Source of the DNA: Eledone cirrhosa
Lineage: Eukaryota
Direction: 5' to 3'
NCBI GenBank assembly: GCA_964016885.1
Contig: OZ024743.1
Span: 209,064,001-209,128,000, forward strand
Length of the DNA stretch: 64,000 nt
Shown: positions 12,535 through 24,400 of the stretch, one piece after another
How the letters are laid out: every line of letters begins with the position of its first letter
How positions within the stretch are numbered: the first letter of the stretch is position 1
Program-made: the position numbers and the translations under genes
The notes under the pieces: model-generated
Told to the model about the DNA's origin: nothing
The model's database searches: none
Seen by the model: the letters and a program-made list of their open reading frames with translations, nothing else

Positions 12535-14202
12535 CTACAGGCTTATGTAAAGAGAAGGCCCATTCACACGGGCCATTCTCGCCACTTTCACCCACCTTTC
12601 ATAAAAACGACTGGGGTGCAGCACCTCTCTCTCCATCCTGATCCTTCTTCCGAAATGATATCGGAAGAAACGGACCAGTTGTTGGCCAGAGAGAAAGGCG
12701 CCCGACCTCAGTCCTTTCAGACGCGTCCACCATACAACCTCTTTCGCCATGGCTATTACGCACAGAAACACCGCCTCTGCTTCATCTTTGAAGGGGGGAG
12801 GCGGCTTGATCATTACAATAGACTCGGTAGTCAACCGGATCGGTCCCACCCTTGACAGCAGTTGTTCGACATAGCCCCACAGATCGGCTACGCCCGAGCA
12901 GTGTACCAATGCGTGTGCAACGGTTTCCTCGTCGCACACGCATCTGGGACAGATCTTTTTGGCGGGGTCCCTACCCGGGCGCCCGTGTCTGTAGAGCCTT
13001 TCTCGAACGGGTAAAGCCCCTCGGTAGCACTGCCAGGCCAGGGACTTCTGGAAGTTGTCCATAGGTCCCGGGCTGAATGTCCTACCGAACAGGCTGACCA
13101 GTTCGTCCTCCTCCATGTCTAGGGCTTCTCCGAGGGCGTCGTCGCACCTGCTGCGTACCAGCCCTCTATAGAATGTTGCGGTGGAGTCTCCACTGATAAC
13201 CGGATCCGCCTGCCAGAGGGCGGTGAGCGCCTGGGCACACTCAGTGTGCCAGGCGCCCAGTTTTCTCGGTCTCTGCTTGACCCAGGATTGCAGTTCGGTG
13301 AGTGAGACGAGTCTGGGAAAGGTTCGTCTCACAAACGGGGCCCACACCGGTTGTCCGGTGAGGAATACGTAGAGGTGCCGTAGCCTTAATGCGTGTTTAC
13401 GCATCATTAGCCACGGCATCCCCAGCCCTCCTTTCGAAGGGTGTTGACAGCAGATGGATCTCCTCACCATAGGAGCCCGCCCCTTCCAAAGGAATTGGAA
13501 GAGCGCGCGCTCCATCTTGGTGAGGGTTTCCCTTGGGCAGGGCACTACGGTCAGGCGGTAGTAGATGACGGACGCTATATAAGTGTTCGCCACCTCCGCC
13601 CGACCTTTCAGGGATAGTTTGCAACTGGCCCACTTCTGGGTCAGTGCAAACACCCTGTTCGTAACCTCCGCCCAGTTTTTCTCCACCTGGAGGTCCGGTC
13701 CGAACCAGACCCCGAGCAACTTCACCGGGCCCTCCGTCCAGCGTCCGACGACGCCATCAGAGGGCATCGGTCTGCCCCTCCACGTGCCGAGTTGCAAACC
13801 GATCGACTTGTCCCGGTTCAGCTTAGCCCCTGTGAACTTTTCGTACTCCTCCAGTAAGGTGCCGACCGCCTCGATTTCGGAGGCCGTCGACACCATTACT
13901 GTCACATCATCGGCGTAGGCTGACACCGCTTTCCGCAATCCCGGTTCCAAAGGGATGCCCTGCAACAACTCCAACTTCCGCAGTAGTGGCTCGAGAGTCA
14001 ACACATACAGAAGGGAGGAGAGAGGGCACCCCTGTCGGATGGAGCGGGTGATTTCGAACGGCTCCGAAAGGTAGCCGTTCACCTTGACTCTAGAGCAGAT
14101 GCGGCTGCTGTGCATGGCAGTGATCCAGCCCCTGAAAACGGGTCCGAACCCAGCCGCCGCTAGCACCGCATCCAGGTAACCATGGTCCACCCTATCGAAT
14201 GC
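12535..14202 (-). CDS. ORF2 (pol) fragment: C-terminal part of non-LTR reverse transcriptase plus CCHC zinc knuckle; 5'-truncated, no true start codon
   Basis: ORF track 12535..14190 (551 aa). The GTG 'start' is an internal Val, since the frame extends to GCA TTC GAT AGG GTG GAC CAT = AFDRVDH (the [K]AFDRV RT motif). Further motifs: RQGCPLS (~14017-14037), YADD (13906-13917), GAKLNRDKS, KLLGVWFG, LSLKGRAEV, FLWKG, SKGGLGMP and CPRC-x8-H-x4-C (12898-12951). No internal stops or frameshifts. Confidence 0.93.
   Translation of the reverse strand, partial: AFDRVDHGYLDAVLAAAGFGPVFRGWITAMHSSRICSRVKVNGYLSEPFEITRSIRQGCPLSSLLYVLTLEPLLRKLELLQGIPLEPGLRKAVSAYADDVTVMVSTASEIEAVGTLLEEYEKFTGAKLNRDKSIGLQLGTWRGRPMPSDGVVGRWTEGPVKLLGVWFGPDLQVEKNWAEVTNRVFALTQKWASCKLSLKGRAEVANTYIASVIYYRLTVVPCPRETLTKMERALFQFLWKGRAPMVRRSICCQHPSKGGLGMPWLMMRKHALRLRHLYVFLTGQPVWAPFVRRTFPRLVSLTELQSWVKQRPRKLGAWHTECAQALTALWQADPVISGDSTATFYRGLVRSRCDDALGEALDMEEDELVSLFGRTFSPGPMDNFQKSLAWQCYRGALPVRERLYRHGRPGRDPAKKICPRCVCDEETVAHALVHCSGVADLWGYVEQLLSRVGPIRLTTESIVMIKPPPPFKDEAEAVFLCVIAMAKEVVWWTRLKGLRSGAFLSGQQLVRFFRYHFGRRIRMEREVLHPSRFYERWVKVARMARVNGPSLYISL
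12898..12951 (-). other. CCHC zinc knuckle (zf-RVT-like) of LINE ORF2
   Basis: Translation CPRCVCDEETVAHALVHC, preceded by AWQCYRGALPV and followed by ADLW. This is the typical L1/Tx1 C-terminal arrangement. Confidence 0.85.
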
Positions 14203-14220
14203 TCTTCACTCCATAAGATA
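14201..14220 (+). repeat. Apparent target-site duplication, right copy (partner 12251-12270)
   Basis: The monomer phase steps back by 20 bp across the element. One mismatch (12254 T / 14204 C). Confidence 0.5.
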
Positions 14221-16149
14221 TACCACAGTTTACCATCCTATAGCCACACATGGAAGCTCTTCACTCCATAAGATATACCACAGTTTACCATCCTATAGCC
14301 ACACATGAAAGCTCTTCACTCCATAAGATATACCACAGTTTACCAAACTATAGCCAGATGAAAGCTCTTCACTCCATCAGATATACCACAGTTTACCATC
14401 CTATAGCCACAGATGAAAGCTCTTCACTCTATAAGATGTACCACAGTTTACCATCTTATAGTGACACATGAAAGCTCTTCACTCCATAAGATATACCACA
14501 GTTTACCATCCTATAGCCAGATGAAAGCTCTTAACTCCATAAGATATACCACAGTTTACCATCCTATAGCCACAGATGATAGCTCTTCACTCCATAAGAT
14601 AAACCACAGTTTACCATCCTATAGCGAAAGATGAAAGCTCTTCACTCCATAAGATATATCACAGTTTACCATCCTATAGCCACACATGAAAGCTCTTCAC
14701 TCCATAAGATATACCACAGTTTACCATCCTATAGCCACGCATGAAAGCTCTTCACTCCATAAGATATACCACATTTTACCATCCTATAGACACGCATGAA
14801 AGCTCTTCACTCCATAACATATACCACAGTTTACCATCCTATGCCCACAGATGAAAGCTCTTCACTCCATAAGATATACCACAGTTTACCATCCTATAGC
14901 CACACATGAAAGCTCTTCACTCCATAAGATATACCACAGTTTACCATCCTATGGCCACAGATGAAAGCTCTTCACTCCATAAGATATACCACAGTTTACC
15001 ACCCTATGGCCACAGATGAAAGCTCTTCACTCCATAAGATATACCACAGTTTACCATCCTATGGCCGGAGATGAAAGCTCTTCACTCCATAAGATATACC
15101 ACAGTTTACCATCCTATAGCCACACATGAAAGCTCTTCACTCCATAAGATATACGACATTTTACCATCCTATAGCCACACATGGAAGCTCTTCACTCCAT
15201 AAGATATACCACAGTTTACCATCATATAGCCACACATGAAAGCTCTTCACTCCATAAGATATACCACAGTTTACCATCCTATAGCCATAGATGAAAGCTC
15301 TTCACTCCATAAGATATACGACAGTTTACCATCCTATAGCCAGATGAAAGCTTTTCACTCCATAATATATACCACAGTTTACCATACTATGCCCACAGAT
15401 GAAAGCTCTTCACTCCATAAGATATACCACAGTTTACCATCCTATAGCCACACATGAAAGCTCTTCACTCCATAAGATATACCACAATTTCCCATCCTAT
15501 GGCCACAGATGAAAGCTCTTCACTCCATAAGATATACCACAACTTACCACCCTATGGCCACAGATGAAAGCTCTTCACTCCATAAGATATACCACATTTT
15601 ACCATCCTATAGCCACGCCACGGATGAAAGCTCTTCACTCCATAAGATATACCACAGTTTACCATCCTATAGCCACAGATGAAAGCTCTTAACTCTATAA
15701 GATATACCACAGATTACCATCTTATAGTCACACATGAAAGCTCTTCACTCCATAAGATATACCACAGTTTACCATCCTATAGCCACACATGAAACCTCTT
15801 TACTCCATAAGATATACCACAGTTTACCATCCTATGGCCACAGATGAAAGCTCTTCACTCCATAAGATATACCACAGTTTACCATCCTATAACCACACCA
15901 CGGATGAAAGCTCTTCACTCCATAAGATATACCACAGTTTACCATCCTATAACCAGATGAAAGTTCTTCACTCCATAAGATATACCACAGTTTACCATCC
16001 TATAGCCACACATGAAAGCTCTTCACTCCATAAGATATACCACAGTTTCCCATCCTATGGCCACAGATGAAAGCTCTTCACTCCATAAGATATACCACAA
16101 TTTACCACCCTATGGCCACAGATGAAAGCTCTTCACTCCATAAGATATA

Positions 16150-19100
16150 CCACATTTTACCATCCTATAGCCATGCCACGGATGAAAGCTCTTCACTCCA
16201 TAAGATATACCACAGTTTACCATCCTATAGCCACAGATGAAAGCTCTTCACTCTATAAGATATACCACAGATTACCATCTTATAGTCACACATGAAAGCT
16301 CTTCACTCCATAAGATATACCACAGTTTACCATCCTATAGCCAGATGAAAGCTCTTCACTCCATAAGATATACCACAGTTTACCATCCTATAGCCACAGA
16401 TGATAGCTCTTCACTCCATAAGATCAACCACAGTTTACCATCCTATAGCCACAGATGAAAGCTCTTCACTCCATAAGATATACCACAGTTTACCATCCTA
16501 TAGCCACTGATTAAAGCTGTTCACTCCATAAGATATACCACATTTTACCATCCTATAGCCACACATGAAAGTTCTTCACTCCATAAGATATACCACAGTT
16601 TACCATCCTATAGCCACACATGGAAGCTCTTCACTCCATAAGATATACCACAGTTTACCATCCTATAGCCACACATGAAAGCTCTTCACTCCAAAATATA
16701 TACCACAGTTTACCATCCTATAGCCAGATGAAAGCTTTTCACTCCATAAGATATACCACAGTTTACCATCCTATAGCCATGCATGAAAGCTCTTCACTCC
16801 ATAAGATATACCACAGTTTACCATCCTATAGCCACACATGAAAGCTCTTCACTCCATAAGATATACCACAGTTTACCATCCTATAGCCACAGATGAAAGC
16901 TCTTCACTCCATAAGATATACCACAGTTTACCATCCTATAGCCACAGATGAAAGCTGTTCACTCCATAAGATATACCACAGTTTACCATCCGATAGCCAC
17001 ACATGAAAGCTCTTCACTCCATAAGATATACCACAGTTTACCATCCTATAGCCAGATGAAAGTTCTTCACTCCATAAGATATACCACAGTTTACCATCCT
17101 ATAGCCACACATGAAAGCTCTTCACTCCATAAGATATACCACAGTTTACTATCCTATGGCCACAGATGAAAGCTCTTCACTCCATAATATATACCACAGT
17201 TTACCATCCTATAGCCACACATGGAAGCTCTTCACTCCATAAGATATACCACAGTTTACCATCCTATAGCCAGATGAAAGTTCTTCACTCCATAAGATAT
17301 ACCACAGTTTACCATCCTATAGCCATGCATGAAAGCTCTTCACTCCATAAGATATACCACAGTTTACCATCCTATAGCCACACATGAAAGCTCTTCACTC
17401 CATAAGATATACCACAGTTTACCATCCTATAGCCACAGATGAAAGCTCTTCACTCCATAAGATATACCACAGTTTACCATCCTATAGCCACACATGAAAG
17501 CTCTTCACTCCATAAGATATACCACAGTTTACCATCCTATAGCCAGATGAAAGCTCTTAAATCCATAAGATATACCACAGTTTACCATCCTATAGCCACA
17601 CATGAAAGCCCTTCACTCCATAAGATATACCACAGTTTATCATCATATAGCCACACATGAAAGCTCTTCACTCCATAAGATATACCACAGTTTACCATCC
17701 TATAGCCAGATGAAAGCTCTTCACTCCATAAGATATACCAGTTTACCATCCTATAGCCACGCATGAAAGCTCTTCACTCCATAAGATATACCACAGTTTA
17801 CCATCCAATAGCCACACATGAAATCTCTTCACTCCATAAGATATACCACAGTTTACCATCCTATAGCCACACATGAAAGCTCTTCACTCCATAAGATATA
17901 CCACAGTTTACCAACCTATAGCCAGATGAAAGCTTTTCAATCCATAAGATATACCACAGTTTACCATCCTATAGCCACAAATGAAATCTCTTCACTCCAT
18001 AAGATATACCACAGTTTACCATCCTATAGCCACACATGAAAGCTCTTCACTCCATAAGATATACCACAGTTTACCATCCTATAGCCACACAAAAGCTCTT
18101 CACTCCATAAGATATACCACAGTTTACCATCCTATGGCCACAGATGAAAGCTCTTCACTCCATAAGATATACCACAGTTTACCATCCTATAGCCACATAT
18201 GAAAGTTCTTCACTCCATAAGATATACCACAGTTTACCATCCTATAGCCACAGATGAAAGCTCTTCACTCCATAAGATATACCACAGTTTACCATCCTAT
18301 GGCCAGAGATGAAAGCTCTTCACTCCATAAGATATACCACAGTTTACCATCCTATAGCCACACATGAAAGCTCTTCACTCCATAAGATATACCACAGTTT
18401 ACCATCATATAGCCACAGATGAAATCTCTTCACTCCATAAGATATAACACAGTTTACCATCCTATGGCAAGAGATGAAAGCTCTTCACTCCATAAGATAT
18501 ACCACAGTTTACCATCCTATAGCCACACGTGAAAGCTGTTCACTCCATAAGATATACCACAGTTTACCATCCTATAGCCACACATGAAAGCTCTTCACTC
18601 CATGAGATATACCACAGTTTACCATCCTATAGCCACACATGGAAGCTCTTCACTCCATAAGATATACCACAGTTTACCATCATATAGCCACACATGAAAG
18701 CTCTTCACTCCATAAGATATACCACAGTTTACCATCCTATAGCCAAAGATGAAAGCTCTTCACTCCATAAGATATACCACATTTTACCATCCTATAGCCA
18801 TGCCACGGATGAAAGCTCTTCACTCCATAAGATATACCACAGTTTACCATCCTATAGCCACAGATGAAAGCTCTTCACTCTATAAGATATACCACAGATT
18901 ACCATCTTATAGTCACACATGAAAGCTCTTCACTCCATAAGATATACCACAGTTTACCATCCTATAGCCAGATGAAAGCTCTTCACTCCATAAGATATAC
19001 CACAGTTTACCATCCTATAGCCACAGATGATAGCTCTTCACTCCATAAGATCAACCACAGTTTACCATCCTATAGCCACAGATGAAAGCTCTTCACTCCA

Positions 19101-21400
19101 TAAGATATACCACAGTTTACCATCCTATAGCCACTGATTAAAGCTGTTCACTCCATAAGATATACCACATTTTACCATCCTATAGCCACACATGAAAGTT
19201 CTTCACTCCATAAGATATACCACAGTTTACCATCCTATAGCCACACATGGAAGCTCTTCACTCCATAAGATATACCACAGTTTACCATCCTATAGCCACA
19301 CATGAAAGCTCTTCACTCCAAAATATATACCACAGTTTACCATCCTATAGCCAGATGAAAGCTTTTCACTCCATAAGATATACCACAGTTTACCATCCTA
19401 TAGCCATGCATGAAAGCTCTTCACTCCATAAGATATACCACAGTTTACCATCCTATAGCCACACATGAAAGCTCTTCACTCCATAAGATATACCACAGTT
19501 TACCATCCTATAGCCACAGATGAAAGCTCTTCACTCCATAAGATATACCACAGTTTACCATCCTATAGCCACAGATGAAAGCTGTTCACTCCATAAGATA
19601 TACCACAGTTTACCATCCGATAGCCACACATGAAAGCTCTTCACTCCATAAGATATACCACAGTTTACCATCCTATAGCCAGATGAAAGTTCTTCACTCC
19701 ATAAGATATACCACAGTTTACCATCCTATAGCCACACATGAAAGCTCTTCACTCCATAAGATATACCACAGTTTACTATCCTATGGCCACAGATGAAAGC
19801 TCTTCACTCCATAATATATACCACAGTTTACCATCCTATAGCCACACATGGAAGCTCTTCACTCCATAAGATATACCACAGTTTACCATCCTATAGCCAG
19901 ATGAAAGTTCTTCACTCCATAAGATATACCACAGTTTACCATCCTATAGCCATGCATGAAAGCTCTTCACTCCATAAGATATACCACAGTTTACCATCCT
20001 ATAGCCACACATGAAAGCTCTTCACTCCATAAGATATACCACAGTTTACCATCCTATAGCCACAGATGAAAGCTCTTCACTCCATAAGATATACCACAGT
20101 TTACCATCCTATAGCCACACATGAAAGCTCTTCACTCCATAAGATATACCACAGTTTACCATCCTATAGCCAGATGAAAGCTCTTTAATCCATAAGATAT
20201 ACCACAGTTTACCATCCTATAGCCACACATGAAAGCCCTTCACTCCATAAGATATACCACAGTTTACCATCATATAGCCACACATGAAAGCTCTTCACTC
20301 CATAAGATATACCACAGTTTACCATCCTATAGCCAGATGAAAGCTCTTCACTCCATAAGATATACCAGTTTACCATCCTATAGCCACGCATGAAAGCTCT
20401 TCACTCCATAAGATATACCACAGTTTACCATCCAATAGCCACACATGAAATCTCTTCACTCCATAAGATATACCACAGTTTACCATCCTATAGCCACACA
20501 TGAAAGCTCTTCACTCCATAAGATATACCACAGTTTACCAACCTATAGCCAGATGAAAGCTTTTCAATCCATAAGATATACCACAGTTTACCATCCTATA
20601 GCCACAAATGAAATCTCTTCACTCCATAAGATATACCACAGTTTACCATCCTATAGCCACACATGAAAGCTCTTCACTCCATAAGATATACCACAGTTTA
20701 CCATCCTATAGCCACACAAAAGCTCTTCACTCCATAAGATATACCACAGTTTACCATCCTATGGCCACAGATGAAAGCTCTTCACTCCATAAGATATACC
20801 ACAGTTTACCATCCTATAGCCACATATGAAAGTTCTTCACTCCATAAGATATACCACAGTTTACCATCCTATAGCCACAGATGAAAGCTCTTCACTCCAT
20901 AAGATATACCACAGTTTACCATCCTATGGCCAGAGATGAAAGCTCTTCACTCCATAAGATATACCACAGTTTACCATCCTATAGCCACACATGAAAGCTC
21001 TTCACTCCATAAGATATACCACAGTTTACCATCATATAGCCACAGATGAAATCTCTTCACTCCATAAGATATAACACAGTTTACCATCCTATGGCAAGAG
21101 ATGAAAGCTCTTCACTCCATAAGATATACCACAGTTTACCATCCTATAGCCACACGTGAAAGCTGTTCACTCCATAAGATATACCACAGTTTACCATCCT
21201 ATAGCCACACATGAAAGCTCTTCACTCCATGAGATATACCACAGTTTACCATCCTATAGTCACACATGGAAGCTCTTCACTCCATAAGATATACCACAGT
21301 TTACCATCATATAGCCACACATGAAAGCTCTTCACTCCATAAGATATACCACAGTTTACCATCCTATAGCCAAAGATGAAAGCTCTTCACTCCATAAGAT
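16150..21400. repeat. Tandem duplication, 2,627-bp unit
   Basis: ORFs 16237, 16620, 16948, 17166, 17582, 17818 and 17981 all recur at exactly +2627. Confidence 0.88.
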
Positions 21401-24400
21401 ATACGACAGTTTACCATTCTATAGCTAGATGAAAGCTTTTCACTCCATAAGATATACCACAGTTTACCATCCTATGCCCACAGATGAAAGCTCTTCATTC
21501 CATAAGATATACCACAGTTTACCATCCTATAGCCACACATGAAAGCTCTTCACTCCATAAGATATACCACAGTTTACCATCCTATGGCCACAGATGAAAG
21601 CTCTTCACTCCATAAGATATACCACAGTTTACCACCCTAAGGCCACAGATGAAAGCGCTTCACTCCATAAGATATACCACAGTTTACCATCCTATGGCCA
21701 GAGATGAAAGCTCTTCACTCCATAAGATATACCACAGTTTACCATCCTATAGCCACACATGAAAGCTCTTCACTCCATAAGATATACCACAGTTTACCAT
21801 CATATAGCCACAGATGAAATCTCTTCACTCCATAAGATATAACACAGTTTACCATCCTATGGCAAGAGATGAAAGCTCTTCTCTCCATAAGATATACCAC
21901 AGTTTACCATCCTATAGCCACACATGAAAGCTGTTCACGCCATAAGATATACCACAGTTTACCATCCTATAGCCACACATGAAAGCTCTTCACTCCATAA
22001 GATATACCACAGTTTACCATCCTATAGCCACACATGGAAGCTCTTCACTCCATGAGATATACCACAGTTTACCATCATATAGCCACACATGAAAGCTCTT
22101 CACTCCATAAGAGATACCACAGTTTACCATCCTATAGCCATAGAGGAAAGCTCTTCACTCCATAAGATATACGACAGTTTACCATCCTATAGCCAGATGA
22201 AAGCTTTTCACTCCATAAGATATACCACAGTTTACCATCCTATGCCCACAGATGAAAGCTCTTCACTCCATAAGATATACCACAGTTTACCATCCTATAG
22301 CCACACATGAAAGCTCTTCACTCCATAAGATATACCACAGTTTACCATCCTATGGCCACAGATGAAAGCTCTTCACTCCATAAGATATACCACAATTTAC
22401 CACCCTATGGCCAAAGATGAAAGCTCTTCACTCCATAAGATATACCACAGTTTACCATCCTATAGCTACGCCACGGATGAAAGCTCTTCACTCCATAAGA
22501 TATACCACAGTTTACAATCCTATAGCCACAGATGAAAGCTCTTCACTCTATAAGATATACCACAGATTACCATCTTATAGTCACACATGAAAGCTCTTCA
22601 CTCCATAAGATATACCACAGTTTACCATCCTATAGCCAGATGAAAGCTCTTCACTCCATAAGATATACCACTGTTTACCATCCTATAGCCACAGATGATA
22701 GCTCTTCACTCCATAAGATAAACCACAGTTTACCATCCTATAGCCACAGATGAAAGCTGTTCACTCCATAAGATATACCACAGTTTACCATCCGATAGCC
22801 ACACATGAAAGCTCTTCACTCCATAAGATATACCACAGTTTACCATCCTATAACCAGATGAAAGTTCTTCACTCCATAAGATATACCACAGTTTACCATC
22901 CTATAGCCACACATGAAAGCTCTTCACTCCATAAGATATACCACACTTTACCATCCTATGGCCACAGATGAAAGCTCTTCACTCCATAAGATATACCACA
23001 GTTTACCATCCTATAGCCACACATGAAAGCTCTTCACTCCATAAGATATACCACAGTTTACCATCATATAGCCACAGATGAAATCTCTTCACTCCATAAG
23101 ATATACCACAGTTTACCATCCTATAGCCACACATGAAAGCTCTTCACTCCATAAGATATACCACAGTTTACCATCCTATAGCCAGATGAAAGCTCTTCAC
23201 TCCATAAGATATACCACAGTTTACCATCCTATAGCCACAGATGATAGCTCTTCACTCCATAAGATCAACCACAGTTTACCATCCTATAGCCACAGATGAA
23301 AGCTCTTCACTCCATAAGATATACCACAGTTTACCAACCTATAGCCACAGATTAAAGCTGTTCACTCCATAAGATATACCACATTTTACCATCCTATAGC
23401 CACACATGAAAGTTCTTCACTCCATAAGATATACCACAGTTTACCATCCTATAGCCACACATGAAAGCTCTTCACTCCAAAATATATACCACAGTTTACC
23501 ATCCTATAGCCAGATGAAAGCCCTTCACTCCATAAGATATACCACAGTTTACCATCCTATAGCCATGCATGAAAGCTCTTCACTCCATAAGATATACCAC
23601 AGTTTACCATCCTATAGCCACACATGAAAGCTCTTCACTCCATAAGATATACCACAGTTTACCATCCTATAGCCACAGATGAAAGCTCTTCACTCCATAA
23701 GATATACCACAGTTTACCATCCTATAGCCACAGATGAAAGCTGTTCACTCCATAAGATATACCACAGTTTACCATCCGATAGCCACATATGAAAGCTCTT
23801 CACTCCATAAGATATACCACAGTTTACCATCCTATAGCCAGATGAAAGTTCTTCACTCCATAAGATATACCACAGTTTACCATCCTATAGCCACACATGA
23901 AAGCTCTTCACTCCATAAGATATACCACAGTTTACCATCCTATGGCCACAGATGAAAGCTCTTCACTCCATAATATATACCACAGTTTACCATCCTATAG
24001 CCACACATGGAAGCTCTTCACTCCATAAGATATACCACAGTTTACCATCCTATAGCCAGATGAAAGTTCTTCACTCCATAAGATATACCACAGTTTACCA
24101 TCCTATAGCCATGCATGAAAGCTCTTCACTCCATAAGATATACCACAGTTTACCATCCTATAGCCACACATGAAAGCTCTTCACTCCATAAGATATACCA
24201 CAGTTTACCATCCTATAGCCACAGATGAAAGCTCTTCACTCCATAAGATATACCACAGTTTACCATCCTATAGCCACACATGAAAGCTCTTCACTCCATA
24301 AGATATACCACAGTTTACCATCCTATAGCCAGATGAAAGCTCTTAAATCCATAAGATATACCACAGTTTACCATCCTATAGCCACACATGAAAGCCCTTC

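Larger units (their letters stand above)
12271..14200 (-). mobile_element. 5'-truncated non-LTR retrotransposon (LINE), L1 superfamily, probably Tx1 clade
   Basis: 1,930-bp unique, GC- and CpG-rich segment with sharp boundaries in the satellite. Carries an RT + CCHC ORF, a 264-nt 3' UTR and a terminal AATAAA on the minus strand. Lacks ORF1, the APE endonuclease and the N-terminal RT. Clade assigned from motif recognition, not from a database search. Confidence 0.93.

Noticed and set aside
12441-13918. Plus-strand ORFs (12441, 12472, 12852, 13181, 13583) and the alternative-frame minus ORF 13397-13633
   Set aside because: Shadow ORFs of a GC-rich coding region with no recognisable motifs.
14188-14190. 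GTG as the start of a 551-aa stand-alone RT gene (retron, DGR or group II intron-like system with a repeat array)
   Set aside because: GTG is the Val of AFDRV and the frame is cut by satellite with an in-frame TGA just upstream. The motifs and CCHC knuckle are of L1/Tx1 type, not bacterial RT.
12271-14200. Assigning a host species or named element family
   Set aside because: Not determinable without a database search. The protein is reminiscent of invertebrate (mollusc-type) Tx1 elements, but this is unverified recollection.
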